A stretch of 64,000 nucleotides of DNA from an uncultured Alphaproteobacteria bacterium. Lineage in GTDB: Bacteria > Pseudomonadota > Alphaproteobacteria > Methylaequorales > Methylaequoraceae. Shown one piece after another: positions 8,243 to 18,120 of this stretch (position 1 is the stretch's first letter; the number at the start of each line of letters is the position of its first letter). Where the stretch lies: contig CACJRF010000003.1 in NCBI GenBank assembly GCA_902595755.1, positions 56,580 through 120,579 of the forward strand. The letters run 5' to 3'. The translations under genes and the position numbers were made by a program. The notes under the pieces are model-generated. The model saw nothing but the letters and a program-made list of their open reading frames with translations, searched no databases and was not told where the DNA came from.

Positions 8243-9417
8243 AATTTTTTTTTGAATATCTTTCCACTGTTCTTATAGCTTTCTCTTATACTTTTTTAAT
8301 AAGAAATCACGTATATTTTGGAGTCGTATTGGGAACTGGAACTTTAATAATGGTATTATTAAATATAAGTATAATAAAATCAGAGCTACCAAAATATAAT
8401 TTTAAACCATTTTTAATATTGGTCATCAGTTTTTTCATTGCCTCATTGAACTCAATCATGATTGGAAGATCGTTGGCAGTTTTTATTTATTTAGTATTAA
8501 TTATTATATTCAGTTTTTTCATTTATATATCTATCTCTAAAAACCAAGTTATAAAAGAAAGGCTTCTTCATTATTTTGTCATATCTATTTATGTAAATTT
8601 ATTTATCGTCACAGTTTTTAATTTCATTAACTGGGATTTAAAGTTTATAGATACAAGTGAAATTAAAAGGTTTAAGGGTTATCTAAATATTTTGACAATC
8701 CTAGTTTTAATCCTACCTTTTATAAAGAAAACAAAAATAAATATTATTGCTTGTATTTTTTTGATACCTAATTTATGGCTAAGTAATTGTAACTCTGCAA
8801 TTCTAGGTGTCTTAATATCATTGGCAGCTTTATCAATTTTTTATATTTATAAAAATATATTTAGATTTAAGATATTATTTTACTTTTTACTTTTTATTTT
8901 AATAACTTTTTCTTCCCAAATATTATTAAATCTTCCGGAAAATTTAGATAAGGAATCAATTCAAACACAAAAATTTATAGTTCCAACTTTTTTAGTAGAT
9001 GCTCATAGACAATACATTTGGAGTTTTAGTATTAAAAAAATTTCTGAAAAACCATTATTGGGTTACGGACCAGATACTTCTAATTTTATTGAAGGCAGTC
9101 AAGAAATTATAGGATCAAAATATACTGGAACTATGCCATATATCCCTAGTCATCCGCATAACTTTCTACTAGAGATTTTCTTAGACACTGGAATAATTGG
9201 GCTAGTTGTGTTTATAATTTTTATTTTTTATTATAATTTTCAAATCTTTAGAAAATCGAATAGCAACGGGAAGTTTTTACTAATTTTATTTTTTTTTTAT
9301 TTTTGGGGCTCTTCTTTAGTCAATTTTTCTTTCTGGCTTGGATGGTGGCAAGTGAGTTATTTTTTTATAACTGCGCTTATAAGCTCGATTAATTTATCCA
9401 AAAACCAAAAGACTTGA
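8239..9417 (+). CDS. O-antigen ligase (Wzy_C) family polytopic membrane protein; possibly a PglL/PilO-type protein O-oligosaccharyltransferase
   Basis: The 392 aa protein has ~10 hydrophobic segments plus a periplasmic loop with RQYIWSFSIKKISEKPLLGYGPD and a HPHNFLLEIFLDTG block typical of the Wzy_C/O-antigen ligase fold. Confidence 0.55.
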   Translation: MKFFFEYLSTVLIAFSYTFLIRNHVYFGVVLGTGTLIMVLLNISIIKSELPKYNFKPFLILVISFFIASLNSIMIGRSLAVFIYLVLIIIFSFFIYISISKNQVIKERLLHYFVISIYVNLFIVTVFNFINWDLKFIDTSEIKRFKGYLNILTILVLILPFIKKTKINIIACIFLIPNLWLSNCNSAILGVLISLAALSIFYIYKNIFRFKILFYFLLFILITFSSQILLNLPENLDKESIQTQKFIVPTFLVDAHRQYIWSFSIKKISEKPLLGYGPDTSNFIEGSQEIIGSKYTGTMPYIPSHPHNFLLEIFLDTGIIGLVVFIIFIFYYNFQIFRKSNSNGKFLLILFFFYFWGSSLVNFSFWLGWWQVSYFFITALISSINLSKNQKT

Positions 9418-10623
9418 ATTGAATAAACTTTTTTTGTCTATCTTGTCATAAAATTTTAAAATATCTATATTAAAAAGCATTTTAAAATTTTTATCATGAT
9501 GAAAAAAAATTTGATTGCTTCTCTCAACGCTATTAATTATATTAACAAAATCTTCTAACGTTGGTTCTCTGTTCTCCTTTGAACAAATCCCTAATAAAAT
9601 AATTTTTGAAACAGTTGCTAGAAAAATTGACATATAGAAATTATACTTGAGAAATGAATTTGGATTTGTGAGTATATGTGCATAACCTAAAATTTCATTT
9701 AAAAAAAAGTTTCTAAATATATGATTATTCTTTTGTTCAAACCTACAAAAATATTCCTGATTGATCTTTTTCAAATTCTCTATAGCATAATCTATATTAT
9801 CAAACCTACCGACTAGTTCTAGATAACTATTTTCAATTAAGCTAATTAATTTTTGAGTATAAAAGTTACTACAAGTATGTTTTAATTTAATCTGATCAAT
9901 AATGTTGAAAATATCAGTTAAAAATAAAATTTTAAGGTTAGAATTATCAAACGCTATGATATCGATGTCACAAAAATTTTCATAAAAAAATTTGTAAATC
10001 TCGTCAAATTGTTTTGAATTCTGAGAAATATTTAGTTGTTCTTCTAAAAGTTTATTAAAAATAACTAAAGAATTAAGATAACTTATCTTTTCATTTTGAA
10101 GTAATTGATACACCTTATTAATTATTAAGTTCCCAGTATTTGCAAATGGAGTTTCAAATTTCTCTGACACCAAATTAAACTTTTTTTTTTTATAAAATTT
10201 ATCCTCATAAATTTCCATTGAATTTTTATTTGATAAACAAAGTCTTGCAGCTTCTGGACAGGACACACTTAATGTTACAAGTTTATTTTCTTTAAAATTT
10301 ATATTTTTTCTTGGGAAAGTGTAACAGGTATGAGATAAGAAATCCTCTCCATATTTCTTTTGAATACTACATAATCCATCATTTCCTAAAAATGAGCAAT
10401 ACCCATCTTTTCTCGACTTAATAGATGAGAAATGTTTTTCAGTTGGATTATCTTTTTTTTGCAAAAGGTTAGGTATATTCGTGATCCCTTCTATTTTTAT
10501 TTTTTGATATTTAGAATGAGTTTCTTTATCTATGTCAATAGTCATCCCATGACAACATGTCTCAGGGCATTTTGAACCAAGGCATGAGAATTTATTAACA
10601 TATTGTGGAGAATAATTGACCAT
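9394..10623 (-). CDS. fliB: Flagellin lysine-N-methylase FliB-like (YkgJ-type Cys-cluster N-terminus)
   Basis: The N-terminal FSCLGSKCPETCCHGMTIDIDKETH matches the FliB/PF03692 cysteine cluster (C-x2-C-x3-CC-x-GW-I-x-D). The ~400 aa length matches Salmonella FliB. It lies in the same locus as the flagellin and fliS genes. Confidence 0.55.
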   Translation of the reverse strand: MVNYSPQYVNKFSCLGSKCPETCCHGMTIDIDKETHSKYQKIKIEGITNIPNLLQKKDNPTEKHFSSIKSRKDGYCSFLGNDGLCSIQKKYGEDFLSHTCYTFPRKNINFKENKLVTLSVSCPEAARLCLSNKNSMEIYEDKFYKKKKFNLVSEKFETPFANTGNLIINKVYQLLQNEKISYLNSLVIFNKLLEEQLNISQNSKQFDEIYKFFYENFCDIDIIAFDNSNLKILFLTDIFNIIDQIKLKHTCSNFYTQKLISLIENSYLELVGRFDNIDYAIENLKKINQEYFCRFEQKNNHIFRNFFLNEILGYAHILTNPNSFLKYNFYMSIFLATVSKIILLGICSKENREPTLEDFVNIINSVERSNQIFFHHDKNFKMLFNIDILKFYDKIDKKSLFNSSLLVFG

Positions 10624-10717
10624 ACTTTTATGGTCGCAAAATATATGCCAATTTTTTTGAAGATAATAAATTTAATCTGGTCTAAGAATTGCACTAAGAT
10701 TTATCAAAGATTATAAA

Positions 10718-11626
10718 ATGTTAAGAAAAGTAGAAAAATTAGACGTAAATTATCTCAATAATGACTCTTTATTAAGTAAGGAGTTCTGGGTTAATCTTAA
10801 TCCCTATTTGAATATCGAGAATATTTTTTATGATAATCAATCAATAATTTCATATAAAAACCTCGCTCAAGATAAAAATCATCTAATAAAATTAGGATAT
10901 TTACATAAAAAAAAACCAAATTTTAAAGTTCCAATTCTATCAATGAAAAAATCTATAGGCAATATAGTTAATTATAAATTACCTCCTGTTTTTGCATTTG
11001 TTTATGATGAATTCTGGTATACTCAATTTCAATTGCAAATGTTACTTGAGGAATTTCTCGATAAAAATTATAAACAACTTCCTGATTTTTGGGCATGGCA
11101 TGTGAGTAGTGGTCAATCAGGATGGGCGCCTCATAGAGATAAAGGTGAAACATCTTTATTTAAGAATAACAAACCAAAATCTCTTACGGTATGGATTCCC
11201 CTTAGTAAAGCCTCACCAGATAATAGTTGTATGTATATACTTCCAGCGAATAAAGATAATTTTTATAATAAACCTAAATTGAATTCAGATTTACCAGGAG
11301 TCGTTTCTGATATAAAAGCACTTCCTGCTGAAGCTGGTGACGTTTTAATGTGGACACAAGAACTTTATCATTGGGGTTCTAGTTCAGGCCAGGACAGTCT
11401 TAATGATCCAAGAATAAGTATAGCATTTGAGTTTCAAAGATCTGATATTGCACCATTTAATACTTTTTTACTAGAACCTAATCTTCTACCTACATTTAAT
11501 GAACGTTTAGTCCTAATATCTATGCAAATTTTACAATACACACATATGTATGGTTTTAAAAAAGACCTAGTATATTGGGCACAAAGTTATATAGAAAAAT
11601 ATAAAGAGAAATTGTCTTTAGTATAA
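10718..11626 (+). CDS. Phytanoyl-CoA dioxygenase (PhyH) family Fe(II)/2-oxoglutarate oxygenase
   Basis: The HxD...H iron triad is present in APHRDKG ... YHWGSS. The surrounding beta-jellyroll signature is WIPLSKASPDNSCMYILP. Confidence 0.65.
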   Translation: MLRKVEKLDVNYLNNDSLLSKEFWVNLNPYLNIENIFYDNQSIISYKNLAQDKNHLIKLGYLHKKKPNFKVPILSMKKSIGNIVNYKLPPVFAFVYDEFWYTQFQLQMLLEEFLDKNYKQLPDFWAWHVSSGQSGWAPHRDKGETSLFKNNKPKSLTVWIPLSKASPDNSCMYILPANKDNFYNKPKLNSDLPGVVSDIKALPAEAGDVLMWTQELYHWGSSSGQDSLNDPRISIAFEFQRSDIAPFNTFLLEPNLLPTFNERLVLISMQILQYTHMYGFKKDLVYWAQSYIEKYKEKLSLV

Positions 11627-11683
11627 TATTTTTATTTTTAAATAACCTCTTAAATGATAAACAAGTTTGTAAAATAATTAATT

Positions 11684-12400
11684 CTAATAATCAAAATGTA
11701 CTTTTTTATTATTGAACTTTACAAAAAAGTATGTCCATCCGTATATTGATGATAGTTTATAACCATTAGAAGTAAAAAATTTATAGATTTTATTATTAGT
11801 TGGAGGACATTTTTCAGAATGTATTTCAATAGATACAAGCTCCGGAGAATATTTTTTTATAGCAAAGCCATCAAGTACATTTTCTTCATTTCCCTCAACA
11901 TCAATATTTAAATAATCAATTTTATTAATCTCATGATTTTTAAGGATTGTGTTTAGACTAAGCTGCTCTAATCTAAGTACAGTTGGTTCTTTATTTACAC
12001 TTTTTTTTGTATATTCTTTAAATTTTTTATCGACTGTATTCATTGAGCAATTATCATAAAAAATATACGCATCTATCATAGATTCATTTTTTCCTACTGA
12101 AATATTTAAATTTATATCTTTCGATCTAATCAATTTATTAAGTTTTATTGATCTAGGAGATATATCAACTTTGACTCCTTTCCATCCTCTTTTGTATAAA
12201 AGATATGTTAGTGATCTACTTTTTGGAAGATTACAGCCTATGTCCACATAAAATCCTTTTTTTTTTTGCTGAAAAAAATAGTCTACAAAGAGATCTTCTC
12301 CAAAACTTTCAGAATATGATTTTTTGTATTCACCAAAATAATTTTTTATTAATTCATAAAAAAATGAAGATTTAATTTTTTTTCTAATTTTTTTAAGCAT
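11684..12400 (-). CDS. FkbM-family SAM-dependent methyltransferase
   Basis: The motif VDIGCNLPKSRS is a glycine-rich SAM-binding variant typical of FkbM. The C-terminal YLNIDVEGNEENVL matches the FkbM IDVEG(a)E motif. Confidence 0.7.
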   Translation of the reverse strand: MLKKIRKKIKSSFFYELIKNYFGEYKKSYSESFGEDLFVDYFFQQKKKGFYVDIGCNLPKSRSLTYLLYKRGWKGVKVDISPRSIKLNKLIRSKDINLNISVGKNESMIDAYIFYDNCSMNTVDKKFKEYTKKSVNKEPTVLRLEQLSLNTILKNHEINKIDYLNIDVEGNEENVLDGFAIKKYSPELVSIEIHSEKCPPTNNKIYKFFTSNGYKLSSIYGWTYFFVKFNNKKVHFDY

Positions 12401-12408
12401 TCTACTTA

Positions 12409-13956
12409 TTATTCAAATTCAATGGTACCCGGAGGTTTTGAGGTATAATCATAACAGACTCTATTAATTCCTTTGACATTATTAATAATTTCTGTTGAAC
12501 AGTTTTGTAAAAATGATTTATTAAAACTATATGGTTCAGCCGTCATTCCATCAGTAGAAGTTACCGCTCTTATTACACATATTTTTTCATATGTTCTATT
12601 GTCTCCCATGACCCCAACTGTCTTGGTTGGTAATAAAACACAAAAGGCTTGCCATATTTTATCATAAAGTTTTTTTTGTTTTAATAACCTTATAAAAATA
12701 TCATCAGCTTCTCTTAACATCTTCAAGCTTTTTTCATTTACTTCACCTAGAATTCTTATGCCCAGGCCTGGACCTGGGAAAGGATGTCTTCTGATGAATT
12801 CATCAGGAATTTTTAATTCTCTTCCCAAACCTCTGACTTCATCTTTAAACAGCTCACGTAGAGGTTCTACTAACTTAAGTTTCATTTTTTTGGGGAGTCC
12901 ACCTACATTATGATGAGATTTAATTGTTACAGACTTATCACCCATGTTGGAAACAGATTCTATGACATCTGGATAAAGTGTTCCCTGAGCAAGAAATTCA
13001 GTATTCTTATCATTAAGTGAATTTTTTTCAAAAATTCTAATAAAAATTTTTCCAATAATTTTTCTTTTTTTCTCAGGGTTAGTTACTCCCTGTAATTCTT
13101 TAAGGAATATTTTTTTTGCATTAACCACTTTTAAATTTATATCATATACTTTAGTGAATAAGTCTTTAATTGTTTTAACTTCATCTTTTCTCATTAGGCC
13201 TGTATCAACTAATATACATTTTAGATTTTTTCCAATTGCTTTATCTAATAAAATAGCAGTAACCGTTGAATCAACTCCACCCGACAAACCACAAACAACT
13301 TTTTTATCATTGATTGTATCTTTTAATTTTTGAATTATTTCTGTTTTAAAGGATTTCATATTCCATGTTTTTTTACACTTACAAATATCAAAAATAAAAT
13401 TACCTAATATTTTTGTTCCTCCAACTGTATGCGAAACTTCTGGGTGAAACTGTACTCCAAAAATTTTTAGTTTTAAATTTTGTATTATTACTGAACTACA
13501 TGATTGAGTTGAAGCAATTCTCTCAAAATTTTTTGGAAGGTTCTCTACATGATCACTATGACTCATCCAAACCTGTGATTTTTTTTCTTTAACATAAACG
13601 TTTTTAATTAATGGCGAACTTTTAGTAACTGATATTTCTCTTCTTCCAAATTCCCTATCTTCTGATAACCTAATTGTTCCTCCAAAATTTTTAGCTATCA
13701 ATTGAAGTCCATAACATATTCCAAGAATTGGAATCGAACTCTCGTAAACAAAATTAGGCAATTTTGGGGAATCCTTTAAATTTACAGACCTTGGACCTCC
13801 TGAAAAGATAACTCCTTTTATATTATTACTCTTTAAATTATCTTTTTTTACTTTAAAATAAGGCATAACCTCACTGTAAATTCCTAACTCCCTGATTCTT
13901 CTAGCAATAAGTTTGGTTACTTGAGAGCCAAAATCTATAATTAGAACTCTATCCAT
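12409..13956 (-). CDS. guaA: GMP synthase (glutamine-hydrolysing)
   Basis: The N-terminal class-I GATase has a GICYG catalytic Cys. An ATP-PPase SGGVDS motif and the conserved C-terminus KPPGTIEFE follow. Length is 515 aa. Confidence 0.95.
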   Translation of the reverse strand: MDRVLIIDFGSQVTKLIARRIRELGIYSEVMPYFKVKKDNLKSNNIKGVIFSGGPRSVNLKDSPKLPNFVYESSIPILGICYGLQLIAKNFGGTIRLSEDREFGRREISVTKSSPLIKNVYVKEKKSQVWMSHSDHVENLPKNFERIASTQSCSSVIIQNLKLKIFGVQFHPEVSHTVGGTKILGNFIFDICKCKKTWNMKSFKTEIIQKLKDTINDKKVVCGLSGGVDSTVTAILLDKAIGKNLKCILVDTGLMRKDEVKTIKDLFTKVYDINLKVVNAKKIFLKELQGVTNPEKKRKIIGKIFIRIFEKNSLNDKNTEFLAQGTLYPDVIESVSNMGDKSVTIKSHHNVGGLPKKMKLKLVEPLRELFKDEVRGLGRELKIPDEFIRRHPFPGPGLGIRILGEVNEKSLKMLREADDIFIRLLKQKKLYDKIWQAFCVLLPTKTVGVMGDNRTYEKICVIRAVTSTDGMTAEPYSFNKSFLQNCSTEIINNVKGINRVCYDYTSKPPGTIEFE

Positions 13957-15425
13957 TATTTGTTTGTTTGATAATTTGGCGACTCTCTAGTAATTGAAAT
14001 GCTATGTACATGACTTTCACTTAAACCTGAAGATGTGATTTTAACAAATTTCGATTTTTTTCTAAATTCGTTAAGATTTTTATTACCAGTGTAACCAAGT
14101 GACGCCTTAACACCGCCTACAAGTTGTTCTATAATCTTTTCCAAAGCACCTCGATAAGGTACCCTACCCTCTACCCCCTCAGGAACAAACTTATTTGAAT
14201 CTGTTATATCTTCTTGAAAATATCTATCTGCTGAGCCCCTACCCATTGCACCAAGAGACCCCATACCTCTATACGATTTATAGGTTCGACCATTTGAAAG
14301 AAATACTTCTCCAGGCGCTTCATCAGTTCCAGCAAATAACGATCCTATCATTACAACATCTGCACCAAATCCTAAGGCTTTCGCAATATCACCTGAATAT
14401 TTTATTCCTCCATCAGAAATAATTGGAATTTTATTTTTTTTTGCAACACTAAATACCTCAGAAATAGCATGTAATTGTGGTACGCCAACACCAGCTACAA
14501 TTCTAGTCGTACAAATTGAACCTGGACCAATTCCAACTTTCAAAGCATCCGCACCACTTCTAATTAAATCTTTAGCAGCCTCAGCAGTAGCAATATTTCC
14601 GACAATTACAGGTAAGTTAGGATTTGTTTTTTTAATCTTGATTAAAGTATCAATAACATTTTTAGAATGCCCATGCGCTGTATCTATAGCTATAACGTCC
14701 ACACCTGATTTTTTTAGAAAATTAAGTCTTTCTATTCCTTGTTCTTCACCAACACCTATAGCTGCACCCACCCTCAATCTCCCAAAACTATCTTTAGTAG
14801 CTAATGGAAACTTTTTTGCTTTATCAATATCTTTAACTGTAATCAAACCAATACATCTATAGTCATTATCAACAACAAGAAGCTTTTCAATTCTGTGTGT
14901 GTGCAATAATTTTTTAGCATTATCCATGGAGATATTTTTTTTTACTGTTATTAGATTCTCTTTTGTCATTAAAGAATTAACTTTCTGTTCAAGATTATTG
15001 GCAAACCTAATATCTCTATTAGTTAGAATTCCAACCAACTTTTTTGTATTTCTCTCAACTACTGGAATACCTGATATATTATATTTTTCTTTTAATTTGA
15101 TAGCATCCATCAAAGTGCTTTCAGGATAAATAGTAAATGGATCTACGACCATACCCGATTCAAATCTTTTAACCTTAAGAACCTCATTCGCCTGCTTTTT
15201 AAAACTTAAGTTTTTGTGAATAAAACCAAGACCACCCATCTGTGCAATTTTTATTGCCATTGATGATTCTGTAACGGTATCCATTGCAGCTGATACTAAA
15301 GGGATATTCAATTTTATTTTTTTTGTAAGAGATGTATGAAGTTCAGCTTTGTTAGGTTGTATTGACGATTTACCTGGGACTATTAGAACGTCATCGAATG
15401 TTAATGCTTCTTTTAAATATTTCAT
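13956..15425 (-). CDS. guaB: IMP dehydrogenase
   Basis: The LTFDDVLIVP start, a CBS pair, the catalytic loop GIGPGSICTTR and a 489 aa length identify it. Confidence 0.95.
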   Translation of the reverse strand: MKYLKEALTFDDVLIVPGKSSIQPNKAELHTSLTKKIKLNIPLVSAAMDTVTESSMAIKIAQMGGLGFIHKNLSFKKQANEVLKVKRFESGMVVDPFTIYPESTLMDAIKLKEKYNISGIPVVERNTKKLVGILTNRDIRFANNLEQKVNSLMTKENLITVKKNISMDNAKKLLHTHRIEKLLVVDNDYRCIGLITVKDIDKAKKFPLATKDSFGRLRVGAAIGVGEEQGIERLNFLKKSGVDVIAIDTAHGHSKNVIDTLIKIKKTNPNLPVIVGNIATAEAAKDLIRSGADALKVGIGPGSICTTRIVAGVGVPQLHAISEVFSVAKKNKIPIISDGGIKYSGDIAKALGFGADVVMIGSLFAGTDEAPGEVFLSNGRTYKSYRGMGSLGAMGRGSADRYFQEDITDSNKFVPEGVEGRVPYRGALEKIIEQLVGGVKASLGYTGNKNLNEFRKKSKFVKITSSGLSESHVHSISITRESPNYQTNK

Positions 15426-15466
15426 AAAATAATTTAAACGATAATTTAAATTTATTAAATAAATAA

Positions 15467-16105
15467 TTATTTTTTTTTGGCAATTATATACGTTTCAGGC
15501 GATTCCTTTCTTGACGCTTGTGGTTTAAAATATTTAATAGACTTAAAAATTTTAGATATTCTATCCATAAGTTCTCCTTGTGCTCCTCCTTGGAAAATTT
15601 TGCAAACAAAAAATCCATTTTTTTTTAGAAATAATTCAGAAACATCAAGAACACTCTCAATTAATGAAACAATTTTCAAGTGATCCACACTTCTATTTCC
15701 TGAGGTATTTGGTGACATATCACTCAATAAAATATCTATTTTTTCACCAAAAAAATTATTTATTTCCTCTATTGTCTTATTTTCAAAAATATCTCTTTGT
15801 AGAAAATTAATCCCGTTGATATCTTTGATTATGAGTTTGTCTATTCCAAGAATCTTGCTTTTTTTATAGTTAGTTAATCTTTTTATGACTTGGAGCCATC
15901 CTCCAGGAGCACAACCCAGATCAAGAATATTCAATTTATTTTGATTAAAAATTTTAAATTTATTATCAATTTGAATTAGTTTAAATGATGACCTAGATCT
16001 GAAACCTTCTAACTTTGATTTTAGTAAAAACTCATCATTAATATGACGATTAAGCCATAAAGAACTTTTATGGCTATGTTTTTTTATAAGCTTAATTTTT
16101 TTCAA
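15467..16105 (-). CDS. rlmE: 23S rRNA (uridine-2'-O)-methyltransferase RlmE/FtsJ
   Basis: The SAM motif DLGCAPGGW, the RSRSSFKL motif and a 212 aa length fit. Confidence 0.9.
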   Translation of the reverse strand: MKKIKLIKKHSHKSSLWLNRHINDEFLLKSKLEGFRSRSSFKLIQIDNKFKIFNQNKLNILDLGCAPGGWLQVIKRLTNYKKSKILGIDKLIIKDINGINFLQRDIFENKTIEEINNFFGEKIDILLSDMSPNTSGNRSVDHLKIVSLIESVLDVSELFLKKNGFFVCKIFQGGAQGELMDRISKIFKSIKYFKPQASRKESPETYIIAKKK

Positions 16106-17004
16106 TATAAATTCTCAATCATTCCTTCTGTAAGTCCACTCTGACTAACTAAAATTTTTTTTATTTGAAAATTTTCTAAAATTTTCTCTAAAATTTCAAT
16201 TCCATTTAATAACAGTGGATATCTGTTTCTAATACAAGGATGTTTTACCATTTCAGATATTTCTAATTTTTTAAGATTTTTGATAATTTTCATTATTTCA
16301 TCTACATCTAACAAAGAACCTTCAATTTTATTTCTATCAAAAGTTCTCAAATTCTGATAGATAGCAGACAATGTTGATACAGTACTACATGAACCAAGTG
16401 AGAAACTTGGGTCAACATTGTTTGATGAATTTGATTTCAAAGATAGAAAATATCTCTTCATCTGAGATATAATATTACTTTTACCATGAAGGTTAATTCT
16501 TTCTGTTAAGTTAATGACACCTAATGGTATCGAACTTGTTTCAAACTTTTCACCTTTTACATCAAAAAATGATATTTCAGTACTACCACCACCAATATCA
16601 AATAATATTCCTTCATTATTTATTCTCTCAACATATTTCTTACAACTTTGAAAACATAATTGTGCCTCTTCATTGACTGAAATTATTTCAACATATAATC
16701 CAGTTTTTTTTTTTACCTCTCTAGTAAAGAAATCTGAATTTATAACCTGTCGACAAGCTTCAGTCGCAACACATCTATAGTTTGTAACATTATATTCCAA
16801 CATCTTTCTTGAGAACATTGTAAGGCACTTAACAGTCTTTTTAGTGTTTTCATGAGTAAATTCATTACTATATGACAAATTTTTAATTAAATTTGTTGCT
16901 ACAGATATTTTTTTTAAAATCTTTATTTTAGGACTATTATTTACAATTATCATTCTACAATTGTAACTTCCTATATCTATGGCTGCTGTTATTTTATTAA
17001 TCAA
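16102..17004 (-). CDS. ppx: Ppx/GppA family phosphatase (exopolyphosphatase-like)
   Basis: An ASKHA-fold N-terminus AAIDIGSYNCRMIIV and DIGGGSTEISFF are present. The position upstream of rlmE is the common alphaproteobacterial arrangement. Confidence 0.75.
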   Translation of the reverse strand: MINKITAAIDIGSYNCRMIIVNNSPKIKILKKISVATNLIKNLSYSNEFTHENTKKTVKCLTMFSRKMLEYNVTNYRCVATEACRQVINSDFFTREVKKKTGLYVEIISVNEEAQLCFQSCKKYVERINNEGILFDIGGGSTEISFFDVKGEKFETSSIPLGVINLTERINLHGKSNIISQMKRYFLSLKSNSSNNVDPSFSLGSCSTVSTLSAIYQNLRTFDRNKIEGSLLDVDEIMKIIKNLKKLEISEMVKHPCIRNRYPLLLNGIEILEKILENFQIKKILVSQSGLTEGMIENLY

Positions 17005-17082
17005 TTTACTATACTCTGTTCGTATTAGATAATATTGTATAAATAATTAAAAAAATTATCAATTAACCTTATATTTACTGTA

Positions 17083-18120
17083 ATGAGAATTTATATACTT
17101 ATAGCTATACTTTTAATCATATCGATAGGTTTATTTTTTAAGGAGGATAGTCCTAAAAATTCGTCATCCATCGAAAAGATTGAAAAGACTGTGGGTGTAA
17201 AATTATTAGATAAACAAAAATATTCTAAAATCCTTAAGCTTAGAGGTTTTACTGAGGCATCAAGGATTGTTACGATTAAATCTCAAGTTGAAGGAAGAAT
17301 TAGTGCAAAGTTTTTTAATAAAGGAGGATATTACAAAGCAGGGGAGCAACTTCTTTTAATTGATCCTGAGGATAAATTAGCTAAGGTTAAAGAAATGGAG
17401 GCTTTATTAAATCAAAGAAAAAAAGAATATGAAGTAGCTGAGAATTTATTTAAAAAAGGTTTCAGATCTGAACTTAAATTAACGAAATCTAGAACCAATT
17501 TTGAAAATGCTCTTGCGCAATATGAAAAAAGTCAAGTTGATTTAAATAATACAAAAGTCCTCATACCTTTTGATAGCATTATTGATGATAGCTTTGTTGA
17601 GCTTGGAGATTACTTAAAAAAGGGGGATTCAATAGTAAAAATAGTAGATCTCGATCCTCTTCACATTAATCTAACAGCTAATGAAAATGATATAAATAAA
17701 ATCAAGCTTAATCAGAATGCAAAAGTGATTATTGGAGAAAAAGAAATTAATGGTAAAGTTAATTTTATATCAAAAACATCGGATAAGGAAACTAGAAATT
17801 TTAGAATACAGGTGGAAGTAAAGAATCTAAATAATCAAATATTTAGTGGTCTCTCTTCAGAAATTGAAATTAATTTAAATCCATTACCAGCATTTTTTAT
17901 ACCCTCTTCATTAGTCACTTTAAATGACGAGGGAAAACTTGGAATTAAATCTGTGAATAAAAATATAGTAAAATTTCATCCTATTAAGATTTTAAGTGAT
18001 AGTGGGCAAGGTTACTGGATTGATGCAAGGCAATTTTCTTTAGATAAATTACCAATAATAAATAAAGGTCACGAGTTTACCGTGGAAGGTGAAGTGGTAA
18101 AGTTTTTAAAAGATGATTGA
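17083..18120 (+). CDS. RND efflux periplasmic adaptor (membrane fusion protein)
   Basis: A signal-anchor, coiled-coil and beta-barrel HlyD-like organisation is present. It overlaps the downstream RND permease by 8 nt. Confidence 0.75.
   Translation: MRIYILIAILLIISIGLFFKEDSPKNSSSIEKIEKTVGVKLLDKQKYSKILKLRGFTEASRIVTIKSQVEGRISAKFFNKGGYYKAGEQLLLIDPEDKLAKVKEMEALLNQRKKEYEVAENLFKKGFRSELKLTKSRTNFENALAQYEKSQVDLNNTKVLIPFDSIIDDSFVELGDYLKKGDSIVKIVDLDPLHINLTANENDINKIKLNQNAKVIIGEKEINGKVNFISKTSDKETRNFRIQVEVKNLNNQIFSGLSSEIEINLNPLPAFFIPSSLVTLNDEGKLGIKSVNKNIVKFHPIKILSDSGQGYWIDARQFSLDKLPIINKGHEFTVEGEVVKFLKDD

Noticed and set aside
7985-9417. The 85-aa membrane ORF and the 392-aa Wzy_C ORF as one frameshifted gene.
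   Set aside because: The 392-aa protein already has a full complement of TM segments for a Wzy_C ligase. The ATGA overlap is the commonest coupled-gene junction in this window. They were therefore kept as two genes.
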